Positions 60,788-64,000 of a stretch of 64,000 bases of DNA are shown here, piece after piece. The notes beneath the pieces are model-generated. The model did not search any database. It saw nothing but the letters and a program-made list of their open reading frames with translations, and was not told the DNA's origin. The stretch spans positions 3,840,001 through 3,904,000 of the forward strand of contig OZ251997.1 of the NCBI GenBank assembly GCA_965247095.1, read 5' to 3'. The position numbers and the translations under genes are program-made. The DNA comes from Candidatus Multivorans sp. GTDB lineage: Bacteria > Acidobacteriota > Thermoanaerobaculia > Multivoradales > Multivoraceae. The stretch's first letter is position 1; the number at the start of each line of letters is the position of its first letter.

Positions 60788-61827
60788 GCCTGACCCAGCC
60801 AGGTGCGGATGGCCCAGGGAGAGCGCGCGCGAACCCTGCGGCCGGCGCCGGCCCCGAACCCCGCGAGCCGGTCGCTCAGCCCGTCCGCCAGGAGGCTCGA
60901 TCCGATCACGGCCGCGGCGACCATCAGGCCGGGGAAGGCGGCGATCCACCAGGCCGTCGTCAGGTGGCTCTGTCCGTCGGCGATCATCGATCCCCAACTG
61001 GCCTGGGGCGGCTGCACGCCCAGTCCCAGGAAGGAAAGCGCCGCCTCGACCAGAATGCTGCCGCCCACCCGCAGGCTGGCGTCGATGAGAAGCGGCGTGG
61101 TCGCGTTCGGCAGGAGATGGCGAACCAGGACGCCGGCCGGCGAGCGCCCGGAGGCGGCCGCGGCGAGGGCGAAGGGTTCCTGCTTCAGTCGCAGGATCTC
61201 AGCGCGCACCAGACGCGCGAGTCCCATCCAGCCGGTGCCGCCGATCAGCACGACCAGGAGCCAGGTGCCGGGTTGGTAGAGCGCCGCCAGCAGCAGCACC
61301 AGGGCCAGGTGGGGGAAAGAGAGCAGTCCGTCCACTGTCCGCATCAGCACCTGGTCGACGAAGCGTCCACAGGTAGCGGCCAGGGCGCCGACGGCGGTGC
61401 CGGCGGTCAGCGCGAGCGCCGCGGCGAGCAGCCCGATGGTCAGGGAGACCCGCGCGCCGTGGAGCAGCCGCGACAGCAGGTCGCGGCCGAGCGCGTCGGT
61501 ACCGAGCCAGGCCCGCCGCTTCTCGGTGACGCCGTGCTCGCCGAAGTTCGTCACCGCACTGAGCGGAAGGCGTTGGGCGCCCGAACGCCGCTCCAGGATG
61601 AGGTCGTCGCCGTCGACGCGCACGTTCTCGGCCAGCCGCGGTTCGTCAGCGACCGTGCGCACCACGAGCAGGGACGACAGCGGCGGCCGGCGGCTCGATT
61701 CGGCGGCGTCGAGCTGCTGCGCCGGATCGTAGGGAGCGAGCAGGGGTGCGCCGGCGGCGAGCAGGGCCAGGCAGGCGAGGATCCAGGCGCCCGTTCTGGC
61801 GGATCTTGGCAGGGAAGAACGTCTCAT
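60784..61827 (-). CDS. Peptide/nickel ABC transporter permease (OppC/DppC-like)
   Basis: LGTDALGRD...GARVSL, EAALSFLGLGVQPP..SWG. Confidence 0.9.
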   Translation of the reverse strand: MRRSSLPRSARTGAWILACLALLAAGAPLLAPYDPAQQLDAAESSRRPPLSSLLVVRTVADEPRLAENVRVDGDDLILERRSGAQRLPLSAVTNFGEHGVTEKRRAWLGTDALGRDLLSRLLHGARVSLTIGLLAAALALTAGTAVGALAATCGRFVDQVLMRTVDGLLSFPHLALVLLLAALYQPGTWLLVVLIGGTGWMGLARLVRAEILRLKQEPFALAAAASGRSPAGVLVRHLLPNATTPLLIDASLRVGGSILVEAALSFLGLGVQPPQASWGSMIADGQSHLTTAWWIAAFPGLMVAAAVIGSSLLADGLSDRLAGFGAGAGRRVRARSPWAIRTWLGQA

Positions 61828-62789
61828 TCCGCCTTGATCCTCGGGTCGAGACGGGCCAGGAGCAGGTCCGCGGCGAGAGAGGCGGCGATGACCAGAGCCG
61901 CGCCGTAGGCGGTGGCGGCGAGCACTACGGGAACGTCGCGGGCCTGGATTGCCTGGAGAGTGGCCGAACCCAGGCCGGGCCAGGCGAACACCGCCTCGGC
62001 GACGATCGCGCCGGAGAGCAGGAGCGGCGCCGAGACCGAGGCCATCTGCAGCAGTCGGGGCGCGGCATGGGCGAGGCCGTGAACGAGCAGGATCCGGGTC
62101 TCGGGCAGGCCGCGTGCGCGCGCCGCGCGACCGGCTTCGGTCGACTGGAACTCGATCAGCGAGCTCCTGGTGTAACGGGCGATGTCGCCCGCCATCGACA
62201 GGCCGAGGACCAGGGCCGGAAGCCAGAGATGGGCCAGCACATCGAGAGCGGTCGCCACCGGTCCGAGCTCGAAAGCGGCGGCGGACGTCATGCCGCCGGT
62301 GGGCGCCAGCCCCAGGCCGACAGCGAACACCAGCACCGCCATCAGGCCGACCCAGAAGGTCGGCAACGCGTACACGAGCAGGCTTGCCGCCCGGACGCCG
62401 AGGTCGAGCCAGGAATTCGGCCGGCAGGCCGCGATCAGGCCGAGGCCGATACCGAGCAGGTACTGGGCGAGCAGGGCGGCGCCGGCGAGCAGCAGGGTGG
62501 GTGGGAGGGCTTCGAACAGGAGCTCCGAGACCGGTCGTCCCGTCTGGTAGGACTGTCCCCAGTCCCAGGACAGGGCGACCGCGCCCAGCCAGCGGACGTA
62601 CTGCGCTGGCAGGGGCTGGTCGAGTCCGTAGAGCGTCCGCAGCCGTTCCGCCTGCTCGGGCGATACACGTGGATCGGTGGGCGCCAGCGGATCGCCGGGC
62701 GCCAGCGTGACCGCGGCGAAGGTCAGGGTGAGGACGATCAGGAAGAGGAGGGCGGCGGCCGCCGTCCGGCGCAACAGGAAGCGGATCAC
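61824..62789 (-). CDS. Peptide/nickel ABC transporter permease (OppB/DppB-like)
   Basis: APGDP...YGLDQPL..QY, ARARGL, EAVFAWPGLG. Confidence 0.9.
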   Translation of the reverse strand: MIRFLLRRTAAAALLFLIVLTLTFAAVTLAPGDPLAPTDPRVSPEQAERLRTLYGLDQPLPAQYVRWLGAVALSWDWGQSYQTGRPVSELLFEALPPTLLLAGAALLAQYLLGIGLGLIAACRPNSWLDLGVRAASLLVYALPTFWVGLMAVLVFAVGLGLAPTGGMTSAAAFELGPVATALDVLAHLWLPALVLGLSMAGDIARYTRSSLIEFQSTEAGRAARARGLPETRILLVHGLAHAAPRLLQMASVSAPLLLSGAIVAEAVFAWPGLGSATLQAIQARDVPVVLAATAYGAALVIAASLAADLLLARLDPRIKAE

Positions 62790-62790
62790 A

Positions 62791-64000
62791 TCAGCGCCAG
62801 GCCCATTCCTCGAGGTTGGCGAGCGGGCTGAGAGCGTTCGGCGCCACCGATGCGAGTTCGTCGTCGAATGCGGCCAGACTCATCGACTCCCAGAGCACGA
62901 GCATCGGTTGGTCGACGTGCAGGATCCGCTGCAACCGGTGCAGATCCTCCCGGCCCTCGAGCGGGTCGTTTCGGGTGGCGAAGGTGTCGATCAGCCGGTC
63001 GACCTCGGGATTGGCGTAGGCGGCGAAGTTGAAGCCGCCGATCGACTCGCTGTGGAAGGCGAAGCCGAAGTCGAGGCTGGTGTCGATCGCGAATGCGGAT
63101 GCGGCGGCGTCGAAGTCCTGCTTCTGCAGTCTCAGGTTGAGGGCGTTCGGGTCGAAGCGGCGCGGCTGAGCGTCGATGCCGACGGCGCGCAGGTCGGCCT
63201 GGATCATCTGCATCGCGTCCCAGCGTGCGCCGGCGCCCGCATAGGTCGCCAACTCGAAGCGGAACGGTACGCCGCCGCGCTCGAGGATGCCTTCGCCGTC
63301 GGCGTCGACCCAGCCGGCGTCGGCCAGTGCCGCACGGGCGGCCGCGGGATCGTGGGGCCAGGGTTCGAGGTCCGGGTCGTGCGCCCAGACGCCGGAGATG
63401 ATCGGACTGTTGCCGACCGTTGCGTAGCCGTGCCAGATGGTGTCCGCGATCGCGTGGCGGTCGATCGCCAGCGCCAGGGCGCGCCGGGTCGCGGCGTCCT
63501 CGAACCACGGTTTGCGCGTGTTCCACACCACGAAGGTGAACTGCCGGTTGCTGTAGGCGATCAGGCGGAGACCGGGTTGGCCGTCGATGCGGCTTGCGTC
63601 CGTGGCCGCGATCCCGATGGCGACGTCGAGCTCGCCGGCGAGAAGCTGGTTGGTCAGGGCGGTGCTGTCGGGCACGGTGCGCAGAATGACCCGCTCCAAC
63701 CGCGGCGGGCCGGCTTCGAAGGGGTCGGGATTGCGCCCGAGGACGAGTTCTCGGCCCGGCGTCCGGCTCTCGAGCCGGAAAGGGCCATTCGTGACCAGGT
63801 GCTCGAAGAACCAGCCCGGGTCGCTGCGCCACTCGGTGAACGGTCGCTCTTCCCAAGCGTGCTTGGGGAGGATTTTGCCGGTGGACACGTCGGCCAACGC
63901 CGTCGGCAGGGCGGCGCCAAAGTGGAAACGGACGGTGTGGGGGGCGACCACCTCGACGTCGACGATTGCCTCCACGTAGTCCGAGTAGCTCCACGCGACC
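62791..64000 (-). CDS. Peptide ABC transporter substrate-binding protein (family 5), 3' part
   Basis: NGPFRL, RRALALAIDR, AGWVDADG.GILER, YANPEVDRLI; open to the window edge. Confidence 0.88.
   Translation of the reverse strand, partial: VAWSYSDYVEAIVDVEVVAPHTVRFHFGAALPTALADVSTGKILPKHAWEERPFTEWRSDPGWFFEHLVTNGPFRLESRTPGRELVLGRNPDPFEAGPPRLERVILRTVPDSTALTNQLLAGELDVAIGIAATDASRIDGQPGLRLIAYSNRQFTFVVWNTRKPWFEDAATRRALALAIDRHAIADTIWHGYATVGNSPIISGVWAHDPDLEPWPHDPAAARAALADAGWVDADGEGILERGGVPFRFELATYAGAGARWDAMQMIQADLRAVGIDAQPRRFDPNALNLRLQKQDFDAAASAFAIDTSLDFGFAFHSESIGGFNFAAYANPEVDRLIDTFATRNDPLEGREDLHRLQRILHVDQPMLVLWESMSLAAFDDELASVAPNALSPLANLEEWAWR

Overview
High-GC bacterial chromosome window. The gene set (lpxK, lpxC, waaA, NtrY/NtrX, ASPIC/UnbV FG-GAP protein, sigma54 regulators) suggests Acidobacteriota, but that is inference. 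The backbone carries pilB/pilC downstream of an ECF sigma/anti-sigma pair, waaA-lpxK, an NSS transporter, polA, an LLM oxidoreductase, ald, selB, ntrX/ntrY, lpxC, smpB, uvrA, a GAF-sigma54 activator followed by an Rsb-type partner-switching module, pcm, tRNA-Ala(CGC), an M16 peptidase pair, gcvT/H, larE/larB, queA and a peptide ABC transporter. Two accessory islands interrupt it. Island 1 (~6.5-15.3 kb) holds a decayed RHH/ParE toxin-antitoxin pair, a nest of IS elements (IS3 remnant, IS3, IS30 carrying a structured 178-nt segment, ISNCY-like) and a three-gene operon resembling secreted toxin, membrane immunity protein and accessory protein. Island 2 (~27.6-35.1 kb) holds an LLM pseudogene, a KTSC - OLD nuclease - stand-alone WYL operon whose OLD gene is split by two IS insertions but reassembles in frame to 653 aa, and a HEPN/MNT pair with a nonsense-mutated toxin. 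The KTSC-OLD-WYL cassette is the best candidate for an undescribed (anti-phage) system. All calls come from reading the sequence; no database searches were run.
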